From NCBI GenBank assembly GCA_015060555.1, contig SUYG01000013.1:9174-73173 (forward strand): DNA of 64,000 nt, written 5' to 3'. Shown here piece after piece: positions 9,172 through 18,021 of this stretch. The translations under genes were made by a program, and so were the position numbers. Source of the DNA: Prevotella sp. (GTDB taxonomy: Bacteria > Bacteroidota > Bacteroidia > Bacteroidales > Bacteroidaceae). Position 1 is the stretch's first letter, and each line of letters starts with the position of its first letter. The notes beneath the pieces are model-generated. The model worked only from the letters and a program-made list of their open reading frames with translations, was not told the DNA's origin and made no database searches.

Positions 9172-12100
9172 ATGGCTTCACTCACCGTTTACAAAGCATC
9201 AGCAGGTTCCGGAAAAACCTTCACGCTGGCCGTACAATATATCAAGCTTCTCGTCTTGGCAGACGAGAATGGAGAGTATGCCCGCATCCTTGCTGTCACG
9301 TTCACGAATAAGGCCACAGCCGAGATGAAGGACCGCATTCTCAGCCAACTCTATGGAATCGGCCATTCGCTGCCTTCCAGTCAAGTGTATTTCAAGGCTT
9401 TGAAGGATGCCTTAACAGAGAGCATTGTGGGTGAAATCTATTCAGATGATGAGATCCGCCGACGTTGCCGTTTTGCCCTGCACCAGATCCTGCATGACTA
9501 CAACCGCTTCCGTGTTCAAACCATCGACGCCTTCTTCCAGACCATCCTCCGAGGTCTTGCTCATGAGCTGGGTTTGACAGCCAACCTTCAGGTTGAGATT
9601 TCCGACACCGAGGTGCTGTCGAAGGCCGTAGATCGGATCGTGGAACGTCTGCAGGATGAACCGCAGGTCTTTGAGTGGCTCTACAGCCTTGTGCGTGACC
9701 GTATAGCTGGCGACCAGCGCTGGGATGTCACGCGTGAGGTGAAGAACTTCGGGCGTGCCATCTTCAACGAAGATTATCTCATGCGCGGCGATCAACTGCG
9801 TGAGCGCCTTAACGACACGGCCTTTATGCGTGATTTCATACGGAAGTTAGAGACCATAGAGAGCGATGCCGTTGAGGAAGTCAAGGGTTTTGGCATCGGT
9901 CTTGAACAACATGTTTACAATGCAGGTTACTCCTTTTCAGACTTCTCTAATGGCCAGACGTTACGCACATTCGTGGAGCACCTGAAGGCCGGAGAAACGA
10001 CTGTAGAAATCGGAACGCGTATTCACGGATGGGCGAACGACCCGCTGGCACTCCTAAAGAAAGCCGACCGTGTTGGCGCCATGCTTGAACTAGCAGATGA
10101 GGTAAGCGGAAACCTCTCAATGATTATCAACCGTTTACAGGTTATTCAATATGCGATTAATAGCGCTCGTTTAGCGTTGGCACACTTGAAATCATTATGC
10201 CTTTTGGATGCCATCAATCGCGAGGTGACAGCCATCAATGCTGAAACCTCACGTTTCAATCTGGCCAAGACCCCCATTCTCCTCAGCCAAATGGTTGGAG
10301 AGAGTGATGCACCCTTCGTGTTCGAGAAAATCGGTGCAATGCTGCACCACGTCATGATTGATGAATTTCAAGATACTTCGCGTCTGCAATGGAAGAACTT
10401 CCGCGCCCTGCTCATTGAGAGCCTGGCCAAAGGTGGCCGCAACCTCATCGTGGGAGATGTCAAACAAAGCATCTACCGATGGCGTGGCGGTGACTGGCGC
10501 ATACTGGGCGACATCGAGCGCACGCTGACACCACCGCCTGTTGTCCACAACCTTGACACGAATCGCCGCAGCGCCTCCACGATTATTCATTTCAACAACG
10601 AGTTCTTCCAGGATGCCGCCAAGCGGTTGGATGAGGTCTCAATAGAAGAGTCGCGCCTGTTGCCTTATGCTTTCTCCTTTGCCCACGCCTATGGGGATGT
10701 CGTACAGCAGACACCTGGTGCTGACCCCGGCTTCGTTTCGCTCTCACTACTCAACAGCAGCGACTATGCCAAGCGCGAGGAATGGGAGCCTGAGATTCTT
10801 AACGACCTCAAGCAGCAGATTCGCGACCTCCATCAGCAAGGTCTTCCTTATTCCTGCATGACCATACTCGTGCGCAACAACAGTGACATGCAGCCTGTCA
10901 TCGCCTCCTTTGCCGAAGACACGGATATGCCGCCCATTGTCAGCGATGAAGCTTTCCTGCTGGCTGCCTCTCCGGCCATCAACCTGCTCATAGCTGCGCT
11001 GCGTGTGTTGGACGATGCCACGGACACTATCTCTGCCTATTATCTTCGCACTCATATCAAGGACTATCCCGCCGAGGGACTCGACCCGCAGTTATCACGT
11101 CTTCCACTCTACGAACTGCTTGAGACGCTTTACCGCGAACTGCACCTCGACAGAATCGCACACCAGGATGCCTATCTCTTCGGCTTCTTTGATGCCGTCC
11201 TCGACTTCCTTCACAACGAATCTGCGGACATCCATTCCTTCCTCGCCTTTTGGGAAGAACGTCTCTCCCGCCAGGCCATTCCAGCCGGGCAGGTCAATGG
11301 TATCCGCATTATCACCATTCACAAAGCCAAGGGGCTGGAGTTTCACACTGTCTTTATGCCATTCTGCACTTGGGCATTGGAGCGTGACCGTGCCACCGAC
11401 CTGCTATGGTGCTCCCCATCGGTTCCGCCCTATGACAGCCTGAATCTCCTGCCCATTACGCCCAACGCCAAGACCGCCCCGAATTCCGTTTTCGCCCGTG
11501 AATATGCCGAGTCTCATCTCCTCTCGCGTCTCGACGAGCTCAACGCTCTCTATGTAGCCTTCACACGTCCCGTCAAGAACTTCTATGCATGGGCTGTAGG
11601 CAATGCAGAAGACCTCAACAAGAGTCGTCGCACCGTGGGGGACCTTATCGCTGCCGTGCTTGCAGGCAGTTGTGTAATGGGCGAGCCTATAGTCTCCACG
11701 GGAAATGCCTCGCGTGAAGCCAGTTCTGCCGAGCAGATGAAAAACCGAATGACGCCAGAGCCAACCCCCTTGGACATCCAGATGCATAGCTATCCGCTGT
11801 CGGCCAGCTTCCGGCAAAGCAACCGATCGCAGCAGTTCATTGCCTCGCTCACCGCTGACGATGCCGAGGAGGTTGAAGCTTCAGAACACTATCGCCAGCA
11901 GCAGTACATCGAGACGGGACGCCTCCTGCACAGCGTGCTTCAGCAGATTCATAAGCTGGAGGATATGCCGCGCGTGTTGGACAATCTGGAACATGAAGGT
12001 GTCATCTCGCGCAATGCAGCCGACGGCACCTATGTCAGCGTGCGCCGTAGCGATATAGAGGCTTGGTTCTCTAAGGGATTCGATGACCCCAAGATAGCCT

Positions 12101-12378
12101 CTTGGTTTTCTGACGACTGGACGATTTTCAATGAATGCTCTATCATCAGCGCCAATCCCGAGACGAAAGAGATGGAGACACATCGTCCCGACCGCGTGAT
12201 GGTCTCTGCAGACGGCTCACAGGTCGTTGTCGTCGATTTCAAGTTCGGGCGCCACCATCCCGACTACGAGCAACAAGTCCGCAACTACATGCAATTGCTC
12301 TCTCAAATGTATCCTTCTGCCCACATCGAAGGCTACCTCTGGTTCGTTTATTCTTCCCGAGTACAAGTAATCGTTTAA
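9172..12378 (+). CDS. AddA/RecB-like UvrD-family helicase with C-terminal PD-(D/E)XK nuclease
   Basis: 1068 aa. Helicase motifs ASAGSGKTFTL (Walker A), MIDEFQDTS, VGDVKQSIYRWRGG, IHKAKGLEF and YVAFTRP. The C-terminus has HRPDRVM...VVVVDFKFG...QVRNYMQLL (D...D/E-x-K...Q..Y). Confidence 0.85.
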   Translation: MASLTVYKASAGSGKTFTLAVQYIKLLVLADENGEYARILAVTFTNKATAEMKDRILSQLYGIGHSLPSSQVYFKALKDALTESIVGEIYSDDEIRRRCRFALHQILHDYNRFRVQTIDAFFQTILRGLAHELGLTANLQVEISDTEVLSKAVDRIVERLQDEPQVFEWLYSLVRDRIAGDQRWDVTREVKNFGRAIFNEDYLMRGDQLRERLNDTAFMRDFIRKLETIESDAVEEVKGFGIGLEQHVYNAGYSFSDFSNGQTLRTFVEHLKAGETTVEIGTRIHGWANDPLALLKKADRVGAMLELADEVSGNLSMIINRLQVIQYAINSARLALAHLKSLCLLDAINREVTAINAETSRFNLAKTPILLSQMVGESDAPFVFEKIGAMLHHVMIDEFQDTSRLQWKNFRALLIESLAKGGRNLIVGDVKQSIYRWRGGDWRILGDIERTLTPPPVVHNLDTNRRSASTIIHFNNEFFQDAAKRLDEVSIEESRLLPYAFSFAHAYGDVVQQTPGADPGFVSLSLLNSSDYAKREEWEPEILNDLKQQIRDLHQQGLPYSCMTILVRNNSDMQPVIASFAEDTDMPPIVSDEAFLLAASPAINLLIAALRVLDDATDTISAYYLRTHIKDYPAEGLDPQLSRLPLYELLETLYRELHLDRIAHQDAYLFGFFDAVLDFLHNESADIHSFLAFWEERLSRQAIPAGQVNGIRIITIHKAKGLEFHTVFMPFCTWALERDRATDLLWCSPSVPPYDSLNLLPITPNAKTAPNSVFAREYAESHLLSRLDELNALYVAFTRPVKNFYAWAVGNAEDLNKSRRTVGDLIAAVLAGSCVMGEPIVSTGNASREASSAEQMKNRMTPEPTPLDIQMHSYPLSASFRQSNRSQQFIASLTADDAEEVEASEHYRQQQYIETGRLLHSVLQQIHKLEDMPRVLDNLEHEGVISRNAADGTYVSVRRSDIEAWFSKGFDDPKIASWFSDDWTIFNECSIISANPETKEMETHRPDRVMVSADGSQVVVVDFKFGRHHPDYEQQVRNYMQLLSQMYPSAHIEGYLWFVYSSRVQVIV

Positions 12379-12397
12379 CCACACCTTATTATATATA

Positions 12398-15199
12398 ATG
12401 ACATCCTTTCTACAATCTGTTGCCAAGTCTATGCTGGAACGCTTCGGCACCAACCTCAGCCAACTCGTAGTTGTCTTCCCCGGCAAACGCGCCAGACTCT
12501 TCTTGGATCAGGCCCTCGTCGAAGCTTCCGACGTTCCCGTGTGGACACCGACCTACCGCACCATCAGCGAACTCTTTGCCGAGGCATCTCCCTATACGCT
12601 GTGCGACACCATTGATAGCGTCTGCCGCCTCTATCGTATCTATGCCGGCCATGTCCCAGAACCCCAGACGCTGGATCAGTTCTACAACTGGGGCGAAATA
12701 CTGCTGTCCGACTTCGACGACATCGACAAGCAGCTCGTGGATGCGCAGAGTCTATTCACTAATATCCGCGACTTGCACGCCCTCGATGACAACTCATATA
12801 TCACACCCGAGCAGGAGCAAGCTCTGCAGTCCTTCTTCAGCAACTTCTCCCTTGAGCAGAACTCGCAGCTCAAGGAACGCTTTCTGCAACTGTGGGAACA
12901 CCTGCCGGCTATCTATGCAGACTTAAACGCCTCTATGCGCACCGATGGTCTGCTATACGAGGGTGCCCTTGAACGTGATGTCATACTGAAGCTTAAAAAT
13001 AAGAGTTCTATAAATTCTCTTTGCGACGAAGACAAGACCTATGTCTTCGTGGGGTTCAATGTCCTCAACGCCGTCGAGCAAGCACTTTTCGACGAGCTAC
13101 AACATCGCAATCAGGCGCTCTTCTATTGGGATTACGACACCTTCTATGTCAATTCCACCGGCACCTCGCACGAAGCAGGCTTTTTTCTGCGCCGCAATTT
13201 GGAACGCTACGGCAACGCACTCCCGTCCGAATACTTCGACAACTTCCGCAAGCCCAAGCAGTTCACCTTCATTACCACTTCCAGCGAGAATGCTCAGGCA
13301 CGCTACCTTCCGCAATGGCTCTCCGAGCACCTCACACCGCAGGGAAATCACACGGCCGTTGTTCTATGCAACGAACAACTCCTGCAGCCTGTCCTCCATG
13401 CCATCCCGTCAGACGACACCCCCCTCAACGTCACCATGGGGTTTCCGCTTGCCGACACGCCTGTCTATAGTTTCCTCCTGGCGCTCACCGAGATGCAGGC
13501 CGAAGGCTACGACGCCTCCGTACAGCGTTTTCGCCAGTCTGCCCTGCGCCGTGTGAAAGCCCATCCATACGCGCAACTTCTCGAGGAAAGTCGTTGGCTG
13601 CAAGTGGCGGGGCAGGGGAGTGCCTTACTCACATATCTTCTGGGCATCATCACTGACCTTGCACCCCATCTCAAGGATGACCTCATCGCCTCGGAATCCA
13701 TCTTCCGCGTTTACACTTGTGTAAACCGTCTCATTGACTTGATGTCAGGCAGTCAGCCGCTGCTCGATGTCAATGCGCAGACGTTGACGCGCCTCCTGCG
13801 CTCAGTCCTTCGCTCCGAGACAATTCCCTTCCATGGCGAACCCGCCATCGGACTTCAGGTGATGGGAGTCCTCGAAACACGTGCCTTGGACTTTCGCAAC
13901 ATCTTGATGCTCAGCGTCGGCGAAGGCTACCTTCCCAAGAAGGTGACAGACAGCAGTTTCGTTCCTTACTATCTCCGTGAAGCCTTCGGTCTCACCACGC
14001 TCCACCACAAGATAGCCGTATATGCTTACTATTTCTATCGTCTCATCCAGCGTGCCGAGCACGTAACATTTGTCTATAACGAGAGTAACGCCGGCACACG
14101 GCAAAACGAGATCTCGCGTTTCCTGCGACAGCTTCTGGCAGAGACAGACTTTCCCATAGAACACCGTGTCCTGCAGGCAGCCAGCTATGCCCCAGGACAG
14201 GAGGACATTGTCATCCCCAAAACACCCGAATTGATGCTTCGCCTGCGTGGATTCTATGACAACCATGGGCGTCAGGGCAAAGACCGCCGCAATCTCTCGC
14301 CATCAGCACTGAACACCTACACTTCCTGTCCGCTCAAGTTCTACTATCGCTATGTCGAGGGGATGCGCGTAGATCCCGACCCAGCAGATGGCTTGGACGC
14401 CATCCTCTTTGGAGAAGTCTTCCACAAGGCTGCCGAGCTACTCTACCGCCATCTTACCTCTGCTGGTGATGTCGTGCGTGCTCAAGACCTTGACCCCTTT
14501 CTTGAAATGGAGGGACAACGTCTGGATCCCTTCGTGCGTCAGGCCTTCCTCGAGGAGTTCTTCCATGATCAGCCCGAAGAGTACCGAGGAATTCTCTTCA
14601 TTGCGCGTCGTGTCATCAATACCTACCTACTCCAGCTCCTGCGCCACGACCGCCGTCTCGCACCCTTCCGCATCTTGAACCTCGAAGAGCGCAGGTCCAA
14701 GACCATCATCATTCATGATATGGAGATAGACCTGGGCGGCATCATCGACCGCCTTGATCTCGTCTCCGATGAGCAAGTGCCTGGCGGACAGGCTGTGCGC
14801 GTGGTTGATTATAAGACTGGCGGACGTCCAGAAGCCGTCAGTTCCCTCGATTTGCTCTTTGCCGACAGCGACCAGAAGGCTCACTACTACTTCCAGACTC
14901 TCCTCTACGCCTCCATCGTTGCAGAACAGCAGTCTTTGCCCGTCACCCCCTGCCTCTTCTATGTGCACCGCTCAGGTGCCGAGGACTACAGTCCAAAGCT
15001 CCGCCTCGGAGGGCAGTACATCCAGGACGTCTCGCAACCTCTCACACGCGATGACAGCGCCCTCACCCTCAAAGCCGCCTATTGGGAACGTTTGGAACAG
15101 CTTATCTTCGACATCTTCAATCAGGACATCCCCTTCACCCAAACCACACACCTCGCCACCTGCGAGAACTGCGACTTCCGTAACCTCTGCGGACGGTAA
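12398..15199 (+). CDS. AddB-like PD-(D/E)XK nuclease family protein with Fe-S staple cysteines
   Basis: 933 aa, immediately downstream of the AddA-like gene. C-terminal nuclease motifs GGIIDRLD...VRVVDYKTG...FQTLLY. Cysteine pattern SCPLKFYY ... CENCDFRNLC (C-Xn-CxxCx5C), as in AddB iron-sulfur nucleases. Confidence 0.8.
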   Translation: MTSFLQSVAKSMLERFGTNLSQLVVVFPGKRARLFLDQALVEASDVPVWTPTYRTISELFAEASPYTLCDTIDSVCRLYRIYAGHVPEPQTLDQFYNWGEILLSDFDDIDKQLVDAQSLFTNIRDLHALDDNSYITPEQEQALQSFFSNFSLEQNSQLKERFLQLWEHLPAIYADLNASMRTDGLLYEGALERDVILKLKNKSSINSLCDEDKTYVFVGFNVLNAVEQALFDELQHRNQALFYWDYDTFYVNSTGTSHEAGFFLRRNLERYGNALPSEYFDNFRKPKQFTFITTSSENAQARYLPQWLSEHLTPQGNHTAVVLCNEQLLQPVLHAIPSDDTPLNVTMGFPLADTPVYSFLLALTEMQAEGYDASVQRFRQSALRRVKAHPYAQLLEESRWLQVAGQGSALLTYLLGIITDLAPHLKDDLIASESIFRVYTCVNRLIDLMSGSQPLLDVNAQTLTRLLRSVLRSETIPFHGEPAIGLQVMGVLETRALDFRNILMLSVGEGYLPKKVTDSSFVPYYLREAFGLTTLHHKIAVYAYYFYRLIQRAEHVTFVYNESNAGTRQNEISRFLRQLLAETDFPIEHRVLQAASYAPGQEDIVIPKTPELMLRLRGFYDNHGRQGKDRRNLSPSALNTYTSCPLKFYYRYVEGMRVDPDPADGLDAILFGEVFHKAAELLYRHLTSAGDVVRAQDLDPFLEMEGQRLDPFVRQAFLEEFFHDQPEEYRGILFIARRVINTYLLQLLRHDRRLAPFRILNLEERRSKTIIIHDMEIDLGGIIDRLDLVSDEQVPGGQAVRVVDYKTGGRPEAVSSLDLLFADSDQKAHYYFQTLLYASIVAEQQSLPVTPCLFYVHRSGAEDYSPKLRLGGQYIQDVSQPLTRDDSALTLKAAYWERLEQLIFDIFNQDIPFTQTTHLATCENCDFRNLCGR

Positions 15200-15232
15200 G
15201 CCATTCTAAAACACTCCATGGAGTAAACGACT

Positions 15233-15447
15233 ACGCCCTATTGGGTATTCGCGTTTTCTCCATACCTTTTCGGCCGAAACCCTATACCCTTTTGGCCGAT
15301 ACCCTATACCGTGTTGGGCGGATCACCTTGGTGATCCACTCAGAAGAGCAAGGTCTTCAAACTGAAGGAGCAAGGTCTTCTGGTCGAAAGAGTAAGCTCT
15401 TCTGGTCGAAAGAGTAAGCTCTTCAGGCAGAAGGACAAGACCTTAAA
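15233..15447. repeat. composite intergenic repeat module, copy 1
   Basis: Direct repeat GGCCGA(A/T)ACCCTATACC x2. Palindrome GGATCACCTTGGTGATCC at 15320-15337. The core CCACTCAGAAGAGCAAGGTCTTCAA..GGAGCAAGGTCTT is shared with 35741-35805. This is followed by the 22-nt unit CTTCTGGTCGAAAGAGTAAGCT repeated exactly at 15377-15398 and 15399-15420. Confidence 0.85.
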
Positions 15448-15452
15448 GAAAG

Positions 15453-15480
15453 AACCCCGCCGTCACACGACAGCGGGGTT
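15453..15480 (-). terminator. stem-loop (AACCCCGC/GCGGGGTT), possible terminator
   Basis: 8-bp GC-rich stem with a 12-nt loop. On the minus strand it is followed by TCTTTCTTT, downstream of the lipoprotein gene. It may also act for addB on the plus strand, but there is no T-run on that side. Confidence 0.4.
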
Positions 15481-15535
15481 CTGGTGTAAGATGTTGAAAG
15501 AGACATTTTACATGAGGTTCTTTATAGTCATTTTC

Positions 15536-15955
15536 TTAATTATTAATTATCAAATCAAAAGTCATTGTTTCCTCAAAAGTTGATTTTTCGTGAGTTGATT
15601 TCCAATTCTCCTCACTCCATTCTGCTGGAGAAAGAATTCTATTACCACATGATATGCTTTTGATGAAATCCCATAAAGGTTTGTGTGGTGAAATAGTAGC
15701 ATTCATTTCCGCAAATTCTACTTTGAGATGTCCGTGACTATGAAGAGTGAAGACTGTGTCGTATATTCCGATGCGACGATTATCATTATCTTCATAAATG
15801 TCATATAAATCCGAGGGAATTAAATCGTTAAATGTAATGGTTACAGTACTATCTGAAGTATTATTTATAGTATAAATAGCAGCTGCCCCTGGATCACACG
15901 CGGTTAACAATAGAACAGCAGTTAGGCAAATGAGGGTAAGAATATAATTCTTCAT
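15536..15955 (-). CDS. small lipoprotein of unknown function
   Basis: I prefer the internal start MKNYILTLICLTAVLLLTAC, which gives a lipobox L-T-A-C. The gene is visibly AT-rich compared with its flanks. I recognise no family. Confidence 0.6.
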   Translation of the reverse strand: MKNYILTLICLTAVLLLTACDPGAAAIYTINNTSDSTVTITFNDLIPSDLYDIYEDNDNRRIGIYDTVFTLHSHGHLKVEFAEMNATISPHKPLWDFIKSISCGNRILSPAEWSEENWKSTHEKSTFEETMTFDLIINN

Positions 15956-15959
15956 TATT

Positions 15960-16011
15960 TGAAAAAGGGAACAGAGTATCAGAGGTTTCAATCCCTTGTT
16001 ACTCTGTTCCC
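15960..16011 (-). terminator. rho-independent terminator of araA
   Basis: Perfect 12-bp stem GGGAACAGAGTA/TACTCTGTTCCC (15967-16011), followed on the minus strand by TTTTT. It lies 11 nt downstream of the araA stop. Confidence 0.8.
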
Positions 16012-16022
16012 TTAAAAAGAAA

Positions 16023-17558
16023 TTACTTCAACGCTTTATTAAACATGTAGTAAACCTCGTTGTTGCGGAGGGTCTGCTTGAAGTCGGCGATGTTGGTCTG
16101 CTTGTTGATCTTGACATACTCGATGCCGCAGATCTCAGCGAAGTCCTCCCAGTACTCCTCGGTGATGTCGTAGGAGAAGGCGCTGTGGTGTGTGCCGCCA
16201 GCGAGAATCCATGCAGCTGCACCAATCTCGAAGGTGGGCTGGGGGATCCACAGTGCGCTGGCCACGGGCAGCTTGGGCATGGGCTTCGGCTCGATGCACT
16301 CAACCTCCTGAGAGATGAGACGGAAGCGGTTGCCGAGATCCACAACGGTAGCTTTCAGGCCGGCACCGGTCTTGGAGGTGAACACGAGGCGGGCGGTCTG
16401 CTGCTTGCGGATACCGATGCCGAGGAAGTGTACCTCGAGCTTGGGCTTGTCCTCGACAGCAATCAGCGGGCAAACCTCAAGCATGTGGCTCTGCAGGCAG
16501 GAGCTGCGGTCGCCGGCGAAGTTGAGGGTGTAGTCCTCGAGGAAGGAGCAGCCAGTGGGCATGCCCTGCTGGATGACCCAAAGGGTGCGATAGAGGCAGG
16601 CGGTCTTCCAGTCGCCCTCAGCACCGAAACCATAGCCCTCAGCCATCAGACGCTGGCTGGCAAGGCCGGGGATTTGGTCGAAGCCGCAGAAGTTGGGATC
16701 GTCGATGTCGGCATCGCCGAGGTCGTCGAAGTTGGTGGTGAAGGCTGTAGCGCCCTCATCCTTCAGCACACGACGCAGTGCAATCTCAGCCTTGGCAGCG
16801 TTGTGTACCTTCTCCCAATATACCTTTTCGCCGCTCTCATCAATCTTGATGGTGTAAAGCTTCTTGTACTCCTCGACAAGGGCGTCAGCCTCGGCGTCGG
16901 TGACCTTCTTGTAGTAGTCCATGAGGCTGCTGACGGGGTAGTAATCGACGTGGTAGCCGAGGCGCTGCTCGAACTCTACGCGGTCGCCGTCGGTGACAGC
17001 CACGTTGTTCATGTTCATACCGAACATGAGGCAGCGTACGTTGTGTGCATCAGCAACGCCGGCAGCTACGCGAGCCCACACGGCAATCTGCTTCTGTGCC
17101 TTCTCATCCTTCCAGTAGCCGCAAACGACCTTGCGAGCCACGCGCATGCGGGTGCAGATGTGTCCGAATTCGATGTCGCCGTGAGCGCTCTGGTTGAGGT
17201 TCATGAAATCCATGTCGATTTCACCCCAAGGAATCTCGGCGTTGTACTGTGAGTGGAAGTGCAGGAGAGGCTTCTGCAGCTGCTGCAGGCCCTTGATCCA
17301 CATCTTAGCGGGTGAGAAGGTGTGCATCCATGTGATGATACCTACGCACTTCTCGTCGTTGTTGGCAGCGAGCATCACCTGCTCCACTTCCTTGCTGGAG
17401 TTGGCTGTGCCCTTATAAACAATTTTCACGGGGATGTTGCCGCTCTTATTGAGGCCTTCAACCATTTCCTTGGAGTGAGCGTCAACAGCAATGACTGCGT
17501 CACCTCCGTAGAGCAACTGTGCACCAGTTACCCACCAAATCTCAAAGTTTTCAAACAT
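16023..17558 (-). CDS. araA: L-arabinose isomerase
   Basis: 511 aa. The N-terminus FEIWWVTGAQLLYGGDAV and overall length are typical of AraA. It is clustered with araD. Confidence 0.92.
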   Translation of the reverse strand: MFENFEIWWVTGAQLLYGGDAVIAVDAHSKEMVEGLNKSGNIPVKIVYKGTANSSKEVEQVMLAANNDEKCVGIITWMHTFSPAKMWIKGLQQLQKPLLHFHSQYNAEIPWGEIDMDFMNLNQSAHGDIEFGHICTRMRVARKVVCGYWKDEKAQKQIAVWARVAAGVADAHNVRCLMFGMNMNNVAVTDGDRVEFEQRLGYHVDYYPVSSLMDYYKKVTDAEADALVEEYKKLYTIKIDESGEKVYWEKVHNAAKAEIALRRVLKDEGATAFTTNFDDLGDADIDDPNFCGFDQIPGLASQRLMAEGYGFGAEGDWKTACLYRTLWVIQQGMPTGCSFLEDYTLNFAGDRSSCLQSHMLEVCPLIAVEDKPKLEVHFLGIGIRKQQTARLVFTSKTGAGLKATVVDLGNRFRLISQEVECIEPKPMPKLPVASALWIPQPTFEIGAAAWILAGGTHHSAFSYDITEEYWEDFAEICGIEYVKINKQTNIADFKQTLRNNEVYYMFNKALK

Positions 17559-17566
17559 TTTTTAGT

Positions 17567-17620
17567 GGCCCCTCTCTTATCCCCCACAGGGGGGAAGACC
17601 AATAGGGACAATGGGTCTAT
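17567..17620 (-). promoter_or_regulatory. conserved structured leader element, copy A (ends 8 nt upstream of the araA ATG)
   Basis: Sense sequence: ATAGACCCATTGTCCCTATTGGTCTTCCCCCCTGTGGGGGATAAGAGAGGGGCC. It is near-identical in architecture to 21833-21885 and 26059-26111. Proposed pairings are AGACC/GGTCT, C5/G5, and loop CCCT with downstream AGGG. Confidence 0.7.
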
Positions 17621-17635
17621 AGTTAGTAAATAAGA

Positions 17636-17998
17636 TTAATTGTTCGTTTGTTTCTTTCTCAATTCCAGTCTCACACAGTAGCTCCACGTTCCGAAACCGT
17701 ACCACCCACTCGACCAGCTTTCGCCTAGACGGAGAGTGATGTCCTGACGGTAATGCTTGTCGGTGTAGAGATGCACGGCCTCATCGTCGGCACTTAGGAA
17801 ATAGAATGTATATGACTGGTAGCCGCCATAGCTGGCGGAGCCCTTTTCCGGCTGCCATGCCGGCGAATTATTCTCGATGAGTTTACTGACGTCACAAGTA
17901 TAGACATCGATGCCGCCCATGTCACGTCCGGTCACCTCACATTCTTTAGAGCTTTCTTCCTTGAGGACAAGCTCGTAGTCGTTCCAATTTACCGCCAT
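17636..17998 (-). CDS. hypothetical cytoplasmic protein, paralog 1 (ara operon)
   Basis: I chose the start MAVNWNDYELV. There is no signal peptide. It shares Y.G.Y.(Y/F)TF ... GE(S/W)W(S/T)SGWY..G.W with the adjacent ORF. It lies between araD and araA on the same strand. Confidence 0.6.
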   Translation of the reverse strand: MAVNWNDYELVLKEESSKECEVTGRDMGGIDVYTCDVSKLIENNSPAWQPEKGSASYGGYQSYTFYFLSADDEAVHLYTDKHYRQDITLRLGESWSSGWYGFGTWSYCVRLELRKKQTNN

Positions 17999-18021
17999 AG
18001 TTGCATATTGTGTTAATAACA

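Noticed and set aside
15996-17252. 418-aa plus-strand ORF antisense to araA
   Set aside because: It lies entirely inside the well-supported araA frame on the other strand. Its Leu/Val/Ala/Gly/Glu-rich low-complexity translation is typical of a shadow ORF, and it has no promoter or recognisable motifs.
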